Origin: Octopus sinensis
Lineage: Eukaryota
Length of the DNA stretch: 64,000 nt
Assembly (NCBI RefSeq): GCF_006345805.1
Contig: NC_043010.1
Coordinates: 8,494,001-8,558,000, forward strand
Direction of reading: 5' to 3'
In this document: piece by piece, positions 24,381 to 35,630 of the stretch
Numbering within the stretch: position 1 is the first letter of the stretch
Layout: each line of letters starts with the position of its first letter
Notes under the pieces: model-generated
The model's database searches: none
What the model was told of the DNA's origin: nothing
The model's input: only the letters and a program-made list of their open reading frames with translations
Made by a program: the position numbers and the translations under genes

Positions 24381-24775
24381 TATTGGGTCATCCCATAAAT
24401 AGTGTTGCTTATTATACTTCTTTTATTTTTTCAAAATTAAGATAAACAAAGTTTTTTTAATCAAAAATATACTCTCCTTCATTTTCTACAATGCTCTTCC
24501 ATCTATCTGGTAGATTTGCAAGGCCCCTCTTCCAAAATTCACTTGTCTGTGACAAAAAATACTCCTCCAGTATTTCTCTGACCTTTCTACAGAATTCATA
24601 TTTTTTCTATCCAAATGATTCTGAAGACTTCGGAATAAATAATATTCAGATGGGGCAATGTCCAGCGAATGTGGATGGGGCATCGTTTTCCATTCAAACT
24701 GCTCCAGCCTTTGGAATGTGATCCTCACAGTATGTGGCCGAACTTTATCCTGATGGAAGAACACCTTTCCTCTTG
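24381..24775 (-). pseudogene. mariner transposase C-terminal remnant with its terminal TIR
   Basis: VFFHQDKVRPHT...HPHSLDIAPSEYYLFRSLQNHL (HQDNARPH and PYSPDLAPSDYHLF motifs of D34D mariners). Confidence 0.9.
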
Positions 24776-25223
24776 AAACTAAAATTGGGTATTTTTTACT
24801 TCCTGTGCTGACTTAAGCTGCTCAAGCTGTTCACAGTAGATCTCCTTTGTTATCATTTGGATTGGGTTTAAAGGTTCAAAGTGAACTAAACCTTTCATAT
24901 CCCAACAAACAAATAACAACAGCATACATGGTAAAGACCTTCTTTAGCCTGTGTGTGTATATATACACACACACACAGACACACACAGACACACACACAT
25001 ACATATACATACATATATATATATACACATATATATATATATACATGCATATGTATACACACACACATATACACAGTAATACCTCACTTTACAAGGACCC
25101 ACTTTATGAGACTCCAGTGTATGAGCTTTTACGAGTTTTATTTTCTGTTTATGAGATTTTGCTGCTTTACAAGCAGTCTCTGGGAATGAATTAACTCATT
25201 TATCAAAGCATTACTGCACATGC

Positions 25224-25255
<32 letters not shown>

Positions 25256-25524
25256 GCACACATGTATACATACATGCATATACACATATATATATTGATG
25301 TGAGAGATCATGGCTTATTGGTTAGGGTGTTGGACTCACGATCATGAGCAAAAACACTTCATGTCATGTTGCTCTGTGATCATTTCAATGCCTGACATGT
25401 GGTACACAGTACACCAGTTCAGACAACGTCGAAATGATGGAGAGAGGGATCTAATGTGCAGCACAAGCATTACTCTTTACTCTCTTTTACTCTTTTACTT
25501 GTTTCAGTCATGATGATGATGATG

Positions 25525-25565
<41 letters not shown>

Positions 25566-25878
25566 TATAATCATCATCACCATCACCATCCATGTTTGCA
25601 TGCTAGCATGAGTCAGAAATTTGTTGATGCAGATTTTCCACATGTGGATGCTCCTACTTTTTCCAACTGTTACCTGCTTCCAAGTCAGATAATATTTCCC
25701 TTGGACCTTTGAACACTGAAAGCTTGTTTGCTGCAAATTTTTACCTGGAGGACTGACAATGAATAACACTAATTATATGACAATGAAGTTTCACAGACAC
25801 ACTCACATACAAATGCATGCATACATACATGCACAGATGCACACACATATGTACATGCATTTGCATATATAAATGTAT

Positions 25879-26285
25879 ACTCTTTTACTTGTTTCACTCA
25901 TTTGACTGCGGCCATGCTGGAGCACTGCCTTTAGTCGAGCAAATCGACCCCGGGACTTATTCTTTGTAAGCCCAGTACTTATTCTATCGGTGTCTTTTGC
26001 CAAACTGCTAAGTTACTGGGACATAAATACACCAGGATCGGTTGTCAAGCGATGTTGTGGGGGACAAACACAGATACATAAATATACACACACACACAAA
26101 CATATATATGCATACATATATATGACAGGCTTCTTTCAGTTTCCTTCTACCAAATCCACTCGCAAGGCATTGGTCGGCCCAGGGCTATAGCAGAAGACAC
26201 TTGCCCAAGATGCCACGCAGTGGGACTGAACCCGGAACCATGTGGTTGGTTAGCAAGCTACTTACCACACAGCCACTCCTGCGCC
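25879..26285 (-). mobile_element. SINE family A
   Basis: Matches family consensus. Confidence 0.92.
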
Positions 26286-26757
26286 TATGTATGAATATAA
26301 TATATATGTGTGAGTGTGTGTGTGTATGTGTATGTGTATTTATATATATAATAAGTGTTAGCATGTATGTGTGTGCACTAGAAAGCACACATCAGTAGAA
26401 TATGAGTAAATATGTAATAACCAAGCGAAGAACCAACATTTCAGTAAGAGCTGAAATGACTCAAAACCTATAATTAAATAAATAAATTCAATACAAGAAA
26501 AACCATGTTCCTGGAATATCCTTGAAAAATTTGACTCTAAAATTTACACCACACCCAATCAACAAAGTGATTTTTAGCTGATAGTCTTTTAGCTGATAAT
26601 CTCATGAAATGACAAAAGAAAAAAACAGTGGATAGCATTCTGTTCCCAAGATTAAAAAAAGCCACACCCAAAATTGTTGCAAACTTCATAATATAAATTC
26701 TTTAGAAAATTCACACACATTTGCAACACATCATCATCATCATCCTCATCATATCTA

Positions 26758-27000
26758 GTGGAAGTGCGTGGCTTAGTGGTTAGGTTGTCAGCATCATGAT
26801 CGTATGATTGTGGTTTCGATTCCTGGACCGGGCGACGCGTTGTGTTCTTGAGCAAAACACTTCATTTCACGTTACTCCAGTCCACTCAGCTGGCAAAAAT
26901 GAGTAACGCTGTGAGGGACTGGCGTCCATCCAGCTGGGGAATACATACACCATTGAAACTGGGAAACCGGGCCTATGAGCCTGGCTAGGCTTTAAAAGGG
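26758..27000 (+). mobile_element. CORE-like SINE (family C)
   Basis: GTGGCTTAGTGGTTAGG (A box), GGTTTCGATTCCT (B box), TTCTTGAGCAAAACACTTCATTTCAC...CCACTCAGCTGGCAAAAATGAG. Confidence 0.8.
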
Positions 27001-27005
27001 CTTAA

Positions 27006-27232
27006 GGTGGCGAGCTGGCAGAGCCGTTAGCATGCCGGGCGAAATGCGTAGCCGTATTTTGTCTGCTGTTACATTCTGAGTTCAAATTCTGCTGAGGTTG
27101 ACTTTACCTTTCATCCTTTCAGGGTCGATAAATTAAGTACCAGTTACACACAGGGGTTGATGTAATCGACTTAATCCTTTTTTCTGTCCTTCTTTGTCCC
27201 CTCTTTGTTTAGCCCCTTGTGGGTAATAAAGA
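27006..27232 (+). mobile_element. SINE family B (older copy)
   Basis: Matches 17047-17281. Confidence 0.88.
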
Positions 27233-27560
27233 AGCACATATCTACTTTCCATGCTTTCATGGGTCAGACAAGAGTATATTGAGTTAGAGTGTTCTATGGC
27301 TGTATCACTTCCCAGTTAGAGTTGATATCCATTGCTACCAAGTGATTGGTCTTCTCTTTCTAGTAGTGATCTTTATTTCAATAAATCACGTACTCATCTT
27401 CATTGTTGTTTAACCTTTTCGTTACTGTATTTATTTTGAGATGCTCTGTGTTACTTTCAATTATTTTAAATATAACAAAGAATTGCAGCGTGGAAGGTGT
27501 TTGTAAGCCATTTAAGAAACACACAAAAGCCGTTCGATTCACTTCATCATTTAAGTTTAA

Positions 27561-27611
27561 TTTGTCAAAATATTTTCGTTGCTTTAAGACCTCGACCTGT
27601 TCACTGACAAA
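27561..27611 (-). ncRNA. Variant type-I hammerhead fold (G3-C8 core), left arm
   Basis: UUUGUCA-GUGAACA-G-GUCGA(ggucuuaaa)GCAAC-GAAA-AUAU-UU-UGACAAA. Confidence 0.55.
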
Positions 27612-27630
27612 AATCCATGCAGCACGGATT

Positions 27631-27680
27631 TTTGTCAGTGAACAGGTCGAGGTCTTAAAGCGATGAAATATTTTGACAAA
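27631..27680 (+). ncRNA. Variant type-I hammerhead fold (G3-C8 core), right arm
   Basis: UUUGUCA-GUGAACA-G-GUCGA(ggucuuaaa)GCGAU-GAAA-UAU-UU-UGACAAA (1-nt deletion in the stem III palindrome). Confidence 0.5.
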
Positions 27681-28131
27681 TTAAACTTAATTGTTGAAGT
27701 GAATCGAACGGCTTTTGTGTGTTTCTTAAATGGCTTACAAACACCTTCCACGCTGCAATTGTTTTCGTTCCAGCACACGATCTCAGATCAAATCACTTGC
27801 TATGCGAGTACATCTCCAAAATATAACAAAGAATTTAGTAAAATAACTTAGTTATCATTAAGCTAGTGTTAGGAACGTAAATTGTGACTAAGGCTTGGTG
27901 GAATATTTTAATTCAAAACTTATGAAAACAAGACATTTGTACAACAGAGCCAGAGCCAGTTTTGGCCGGGTTAGTAACAAAAGAGTTAATATAACCTTGT
28001 CTTTCTTATTGAAATACATGCTATATCCTCTCTAAGTTATTTCTCTTAAATCATTTTTGTTTTATTTAAGCAAATTATCTAGGCCTGAAATATATTCTGC
28101 TCGTTATTGTATGTCTAACGGTTTCATGTAT

Positions 28132-28498
28132 GAAGGCACATGGCTCAGTGGTCAGAGTATTGTGTTTACAATCGTGGGGTTGGGAGTTCAATTCCTGGAC
28201 TGAGTTGTGATTTGTATTCTTGAGCCAGACAATTTATTTTCATGCTGCTCCAGTTCTATCAGCTTTTGAAATGAGTTGTGGCATCGCTGGTGCTAAGCTG
28301 TATTGGCCTTTGGACCGAGACAGCTTGTACTGGCCTTTCCCTTGGACAACATCTGTGGTATGGAGCGGGGAGGCTAATATGCATGGACAACTGCTGGTCT
28401 TCCTCAAAACAACCTTGCTCAAATTTTTACCTCGGAGGGTAGCTTTCTAGGGGTAATCCCTTGGTAATTCATAATTGAAGGGGGTCTTTACCCTTACC
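28132..28498 (+). mobile_element. CORE-like SINE (family C, long subfamily)
   Basis: Colinear with 53195-53500 and the reverse complement of 37722-38080. Confidence 0.8.
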
Positions 28499-29154
28499 CT
28501 AACTATTCCATGTACAGAACATAAGGTTGAAAAAATACTGCGCTAATGATGCTTGTTCCTTTAGAAACACGTGTCTACAGCTATTTCTTTTCCTTCAGAA
28601 AATTAGACTGTTTTTTTCCCTTTGATGGCACATCACTTTTGTAGAAATTTGTGATAAGTTAGACTATCACTTGTTCAGTTTTGGACATAGTTTCATTTAC
28701 CTTTGTGCGATTGGTCTAACTTTCTTGGAAGTGAAGATAAATCAAGAGTTTATCTTGTATGTTGATTAATATCACTGTATTCATCATTTGTTACTCTAAT
28801 ACAAGACACTGGCTACTGAGTTATTTCTTGTAACTCATGTTATATATACATGTGTGTGTGTGTATGTGTGTGTATGTGTGTGTACATGCATTCATACAAG
28901 CATATATATATGAATATATATATAAATGTGTCTATATATATATATATATAATATATATATAATATATATATATATACACATATATATACATATATATACC
29001 TATTATATATTATATATACATATATATATACACATATATATATACATAATATATACATATATATTCTATATACATATATATATATAACTCACTTTGATAT
29101 TTATCATTGTTATATACATATATATATCTCTATACATATATATATACATATATA

Positions 29155-29227
<73 letters not shown>

Positions 29228-29329
29228 CACATACATAATACACACACATGCACACACATGCACACACACACACACACATATTATTGATGTGTGTAAGTGG
29301 TATTTGTTTGATGCTGTAATTGCACCTTA

Positions 29330-29535
29330 GAGTCAATCTAAGCTTTTAACTGACACTGGATGTATAATTACTCTAAATTAAATACACCAGACAATTGCAA
29401 ACAACTGTCTTTTATACATTTTCTTCCTGTATACAAAGAGATTGTATAAAAGTGAAATGTTTACAGTTGTCCAATGTATTTGATTTAGTGTAATTACACC
29501 TGCAGTGTTGACTAAAAACTTAGATTTACTTTAAC
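29330..29535. repeat. Degenerate foldback/MITE-like hairpin
   Basis: TCTAAGCTTTTAACTGACACTG...AATTAAATACA is an imperfect inverted repeat of TGTATTTGATTT...CAGTGTTGACTAAAAACTTAGA. Confidence 0.6.
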
Positions 29536-29814
29536 TACACTTAGAAAATAAATGTGTTTTCATTTCTCTGTACATGTGCAAACACACACCTACATATAAT
29601 CTTATATTTGTGAGTGTGTGTGTATATGTGTATACACAGGGTGCAATGGGTAAATTGTTGCCATATTATATTTTTAATTTCGTGCATGCACATTGTTTGA
29701 TTTTGATTTTCTTGACTACACATTCTGGTAGGGTCAGTTGGGCACCATCTGTGAAATAATTAGCACCATGACGCAATTCACTCCGCCAAAACTTTGGAAA
29801 TGACATGTTGCCCA

Positions 29815-30005
29815 ATCATCATCATTGTTCGACTGTGGTCGAGACAATGGAATTTACCATGCTACGCCAGACTTCACGTCCATCATGGGATTACGGAGGT
29901 CCTGTTGCTGGATGCCTGTATCCCTGGAGATTACATCAGGGTAGGAGAGTGTGCACCCTCTGGTATTGCGAGTAGATGGCTTCCAGAGGAGGAGAGTAGA
30001 AATTA
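29815..30005 (-). pseudogene. RTE-clade LINE 3' end (third lineage)
   Basis: Minus strand: TRGCTLSYPDVISRDTGIQQQDLRNPMMD...; tail ends in (GAT)n. Confidence 0.75.
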
Positions 30006-30168
30006 AGGTGTCATGGTGTCATGCAGTGAGACCGAACACAGAACCATGTATATATATATATATATATATATAATATGTAAAGCAAATCAAATACAAAAAA
30101 CATAAACAGCAGCAAATGTTCAGAGTATAGTCAGAAAAAGGTAAAAAATTTATAAAGTAAAAATTATA

Positions 30169-30355
30169 GGCACAGGAGTGGCTGTGTGGCAAGTAGCTTG
30201 CTAACAAACCACATGGTTCCGGGTTCAGCCCCACTGAGTGGCATCTTGGGCAAGTGTCTTCTGCCATAGCCCGGGCCGACCAATGCCTTGTGAGTGGATT
30301 TGATAGATGGAAACTGAAAGAAGCTGTCGTTATATAATATTATATATATATATAG

Positions 30356-30395
<40 letters not shown>

Positions 30396-30590
30396 ATGTG
30401 TCTGTGTTGTCCCCTAGCATGCTTGACAACCGGTGCTGGTGTGTTTAAATCCCGTCACTTAGCGGTTCGGCAAAATAGACGATAGAATAAGTTGGCTTAC
30501 AAAGAATAAGTGCCAGGGTCGATTTGCTTGACTAGAGCGGGCTCCGCATGGCCACAGTCAAATGACTGAAACAAGTAAAAAAAAAAAGAG
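30169..30590 (+). mobile_element. SINE family A (3' half rich in 1-nt deletions)
   Basis: Matches family consensus. Confidence 0.9.
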
Positions 30591-30733
30591 TATAGTCTAC
30601 TAAATTCATCTACTATAGCCCAGGACTGTAACAGATGATATTTGCTCAAGCTACTGTGCAGTGAGACTGAACTCCAAACCACTTGATTGAAAAGTATGTT
30701 TTAGAACCATACAGCCATGCCCACACTTATATA

Positions 30734-30943
30734 CTCTTTACTCTTTTACTTGTTTCAGTCATTTGCCTGCGGCCATGCTGGAGCACCACCTTTAGTCGAG
30801 CAAATCGACCCCAGGACTTATTCTTTGTAAGCCCAGTACTTATTCTATCAGTCTCTTTTGCCGAACCGCTAAGTGACGGGGATGTAAACACACCAGCATC
30901 GGTTGTCAAGCAATGCTAGAGGGACAAACACAGACTCACAAAC

Positions 30944-30974
<31 letters not shown>

Positions 30975-31138
30975 CATATATACGACAGGCTTCTTTCAGT
31001 TTCCGTCTACCAAATCCACTCACAAGGCTTTGGTCGGCCCGAGGCTATAGTAGAAGACACTTGCCCAAGATGCCATACAGTGGGACTGAACCCAGAACCA
31101 TGTGGCTGGTTAGCAAGCTACTTACCACACAGCCACTC
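30734..31138 (-). mobile_element. SINE family A (tail-to-tail with the previous copy)
   Basis: Matches family consensus. Confidence 0.92.
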
Positions 31139-31153
31139 ATAGTTATTTCTTAC

Positions 31154-31218
31154 ATAAGCTGTCTAAAATGATTCTCGGTGAAGTAGAGATGATAATGCCT
31201 TTCCCCAAGATCCCCCAA
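31154..31218 (-). CDS. Possible 65-nt exon (LGDLGERHYHLYFTENHFRQL or WGILGKGIIISTSPRIILDSL)
   Basis: ataacgcag| acceptor, |gtaaga donor, two open frames. Confidence 0.2.
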
Positions 31219-31873
31219 CTGCGTTATCAACATCAATGAAGTGAAATATTTCCAGCGCAGAATTGAAGAATAATAGAATGAGATATTCCTTTACTAGAAT
31301 GCCGTCATGGTGTCGACTGTTGTTATCACACAACCTCTTTGTTCCATTGTTTCTTCTTAGTTACAATCTTTCTGTAATGCACGACGCACATAACTGCATG
31401 TTACTGCTTTGCCGCCCTCCGTCTCCTTCATCTCCTTCCTTTCATATCACATTTGCCATTCATGTCTCTCTCTCTTCTTTATCCTTTCTCTCTTGCACGT
31501 ACTCTCTCACTCTTTTCTTCCTCTTTCCCCTTTTCAATATTCATGACTTCTTTCTTCTTTCATTCCTCTCTTCTTTTCCTAATTCTTTTCTTTTTTTGTT
31601 GTTTCTCATTTCTCTTCTTCCTTTCACGCCTTACCCTCCACCCATTGCCCACTGCTACATAGTTTCATATCCACGTTTTATGTCAGGTTTTTCTTTTCTT
31701 TCTCACTAATACTCCGTCCATTCTTTTGCAATCTTTACGCCAAATTCTCACACAGATCTTGGAATACACACACATGCACAAGTATATATACACATATAAG
31801 TCCAACCCATGCCAACATGGAACACAGATGCTAAATTATAATGATAATAATGATGATGATAATGATGATGATC

Positions 31874-31908
<35 letters not shown>

Positions 31909-31935
31909 ACACACACACATACACATATATATATG

Positions 31936-32100
31936 TATTCCAATTTTATCAAACTACATACTACTGGCCTCTTGAATTATTTGCCTTAGTTTTTCATGTA
32001 CATACATACACACATATATATGTGTATGTCTGTACATGAAGAACTAAGGCAAATAATTCAAGAGGCCAGTAGTAGTATGTAGTTTGATAAAAGTAGAATA
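31936..32100. repeat. ~160-bp hairpin with a microsatellite centre
   Basis: TTTTATCAAACTACATACTACTGGCCTCTTGAATTATTTGCCTTAG mirrored by CTAAGGCAAATAATTCAAGAGGCCAGTAGTAGTATGTAGTTTGATAAAA. Confidence 0.9.
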
Positions 32101-32394
32101 CTAAATACAATAGTACACACTAAATTCTTAATTTATTGAAACTTCTCTCCAAATGTGAGGGACAAAAAATGAAAACCAAGCAATAATTCTTAATGATTGT
32201 CTTAGGGAGTGGAGATAACTACAACGCATCAAGAATCAATCCCTAAACTTAATTCACACTCGTAGGCTAAGGATAAGCAAAGGACAACTATGGACATATG
32301 TTTTAGTATATTTAACCTCATCAGTACAGTACAGTTTACTGAGGTCTGCAAATCCAGAGATGAAATTCTGCATAGTGGAAAAGGGTTATGTATA

Positions 32395-32935
32395 TCATCA
32401 TCATCGTCGTCGTTTAACGTCTGCTTTCCATGCTAGCATGGGTTGGACGATTTTGACTGAGGGCTGGCGAACCAGATGGCTGCATCAGGCTCCAGTCTTG
32501 ATTTGGTAGAGTTTCTATAGCTGGATGCCCTTCCTAACACCAACCACTCCGAGAGTGTAGTGGGTGCTTTTTACATGCCACTGGCACGGGGGCCAGTCAA
32601 GCAGTACTGGCAACGACCTCGCTTGAATCCTTTTACACATGCCGCCAGCACATGTGCCAGTAAGGCGACTTTGGTAATGATCATGCTCGAATGGTGCCCT
32701 TTCATGTGCCACTGGCATGGAAGCCAGTTGGCTGCTCTGGCAAAGATCATGCTTGGATGGTGCTCTTGGCACCCTACTAGCACAGGCACAAGTGCCAGTA
32801 AGGCAACACTGGTAACAATCACGCTCAAATGGTGCCCTTTAAGTGCCACTGGCATGGAAGCCGGTTAGCTGCTCTGTCAATGATCACACTCGTATGGTGC
32901 TCTTTGCACCCTGCTAGCACGGACGCCAGTCATCG
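32395..32935 (-). mobile_element. RTE-tailed (Ceph-type) element with an internal tandem array
   Basis: (CAT)n-CGTTTAACGTCTGCTTTCCATGCTAGCATGGGTTGGAC...GCTGGATGCCCTTCCTAACACC; repeated GTGCCACTGGCA and GTGCCAGTAAGGC units at 32575-32930. Confidence 0.8.
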
Positions 32936-33332
32936 AATTTGATTTTGATTTTTGCTTTTGATTGATTGAAATCAATCAATCACAGTAAGAGGGTAATTAA
33001 TTATAAAAAGAGCTAAGGGAAATAATTCCTTGGAGGACACTGGCAAGAATTTTGGGAATTGAATTGGTGTCTGATATACTGGAATTGTAAAGTTATTGAA
33101 GCATCTATCTCAAAGAAAGAAAGAAATCACTTCTGTGTTTTTGTTTACTTTCTGTTAAATTTCAAACTTTCAATAAATTTCAATAGCAATTTTTTTGTAT
33201 ATGGCATTCAGTACATAACACTTAACTCTGTGTGTATGTGCGTATATGTGTGTGTGTGTATGTGTGTGTGTGTGTATGTATATATGTATATATATATATA
33301 TATATATATTTGTATATATATATATATATATC

Positions 33333-33390
<58 letters not shown>

Positions 33391-33491
33391 TGTATGTATA
33401 TTTATATGCGTGTGTGTGTGGTTTGGTGTATGTATATCTATATATACATATATACATATACATATACATACATACATATATATATATACAT

Positions 33492-33541
<50 letters not shown>

Positions 33542-34873
33542 AGTCATAAAACATTTCGTCAGAAAGACCATCGAGCCTGCCAGTATGGACATAAAATTCT
33601 AATGAGGACACATAAAATATATTCTCTGGACAGAAAATATAATTCTGGCAGAAACACATTAGTAAACAAACTGAGATTTTTGCTTTCATCAGTGGAAACA
33701 TAAAGTGGTAATCATAAAAAGGGGTTTTTACTGCTTATAGACAAACCGATGAAGGAATGCCGTAAAGTAACAAAAGGAACTTCTACCATCACTCTCAGGT
33801 TTTTCTTTAGTTGCCATATAAGTAGTAAATTCTTCTTTTTGTTTCCATTGATGGTAGCAAAACACCAGTTATTTTGTGGCTGTGTTTGTACCAGAGACTG
33901 TTGCCTCTGTCTCAAGGAAAATATTTAATATATATTTTAATTTTAATAAATGTAACAATGTATCTATTTTTGAGCATCCATTCATTTTAGTTCATGATAT
34001 TTCATTGTATATATATATATATATATATATTTGTATATATACATTCATATACACACATATATATATATCCCGCTTTTCATTTTCCCCTTTCTTTCTTTCT
34101 TTCTTTCGCTTTTATCTTCTGACTAAAGCTTCTCTTCATCTGCTTTTTATGCTTTTTGCTATCCTAGATACGGCCTATCATCACTTCTTGTTTGCCCAAG
34201 CTCACTATTTCTAATCCTCTAATAGTTGCAAAACTGTTTCTTTTCAGTCTCTCTCCCTACTCCGCCTCTCTTTGTATCTCTCCCTCTCCTCCATCTCAGT
34301 TCTTTTCTCTCTCCTGCTTCCTCTCCTTTCTTTAGAATGTAACACTATATCTCTTTTCCTTTCATTTTCTTTATCTCTTTTTCATCTCTCGGCTCTTTTA
34401 TCTTTCTTTGATTACCCCCCCATTTCCTCCCCCTTCTCTCCCTCTTTTCTTTCTCCATTTTCTTTCCTATATATTATTTCTTTCTTTCTTTATTTCTTTC
34501 TTTCTTTCAATTCACACGTTTCATCCTTATCATACTCTTTCCTTCATTCTTTACTTTTACTACCTTTACTTTCAAACAGAAAGAGTTATAGACTAAAGGA
34601 TTGCTACACATAGTTGTATCCCCCTATGAAATGAGTTCAAATCCTGCTGTGGATGTTATTACCTTTTATTCATCTCTATTTTTGTAAATAATTATCAGTT
34701 GTTGTTTAACTCCAGATCAGCCCTAATTGAATCAAAAGTGTTAACGTCCTAATCATCCAATTATATTCTTTGGGCATAATCTACCTAAGACCTCATTATC
34801 AGATGTGTTTCTCCCACTTTTAGTAAAATCCAGCAGTATTTATCATACGTCAATATGCTTAGTTACTGTTAGG

Positions 34874-35630
34874 AGTGTAGCCTATGCTTTGCTGAGGATG
34901 TCTAGTAAAGCTGATTTGGGTATATCATTGTCTCCCATACTTCCAACAATAAATGAAATTATAGTAGTCATTGATTGATATTGTAGTTGTCTCACCACAT
35001 AATTATTTCTTAATGCTTTTTTTCAATGCTCCTAACATTAACCCTTTTGTTACCAACCCAGCTGAAATCGGCTCTGGCTCTGTTGTACAACGATGTGGAA
35101 CTCAGTTTGAAATATTCAATTTTACCTCCAAAATGATGAGAAACAAAGTTAGTTTTAGTATTTTACCATTATAAGCTGACAGTCATTAGCAGAGCAAGCA
35201 AAATGCTTAGCAGCATTTCATCTGTTTCCACATTCTGAGTTCAAACTCCACCAAAGTTGACATTGCTTTTCATCCTTTCGGGGTTGATAGAATAAGTACC
35301 AGTTGAACACTAGGGTCAATGTAACCAATTTACCCACCTCACCCATTATTGCTGGCCTTGTGCCAAAATTTGAAATCAACATTTTACCATAATTTTGTTC
35401 CCATCTATGGTGCTTTATATGAATATTAACCCTTTTGTTACCAACCTGGCTGAAAACGGCTCTGGCTCTGAGTACAAATGTCTTGTAATTATAGATTTTG
35501 AATTAAAATCTTCCACCAAACTTTAATCACAATCTATGTTCCTAACACAACTAAATTCTTTGATATATTTAAAGTAATTGAAAGAAACACAGAACATCTC
35601 AAAATAAATACAGTAATGAAAGGGTTAAAT
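34874..35630. repeat. Left arm of a long inverted duplication (contains piggyBac-type MITE sequence at 35038-35080 and 35426-35629 and an old SINE B-like copy)
   Basis: Reverse complement of 40676-41469 over its full length, with scattered substitutions and small indels. Confidence 0.92.

Larger units (their letters stand above)
27485..27818 (+). mobile_element. PLE-like insertion: inverted 5' arm, forward arm and unique 58-nt tail, 17-bp TSD
   Basis: AAATATAACAAAGAATT at 27468-27484 and 27819-27835, single copy in the empty MITE at ~40737-40754; arms 27481-27617 and 27625-27760 are reverse complements. Confidence 0.85.
27410..27989. mobile_element. piggyBac-type MITE (~230 bp) interrupted by a PLE-like insertion
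   Basis: TTAA-CCTTTTCGTTAC ... GTAACAAAAGAG-TTAA; uninterrupted copy at 40678-40908. Confidence 0.8.
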
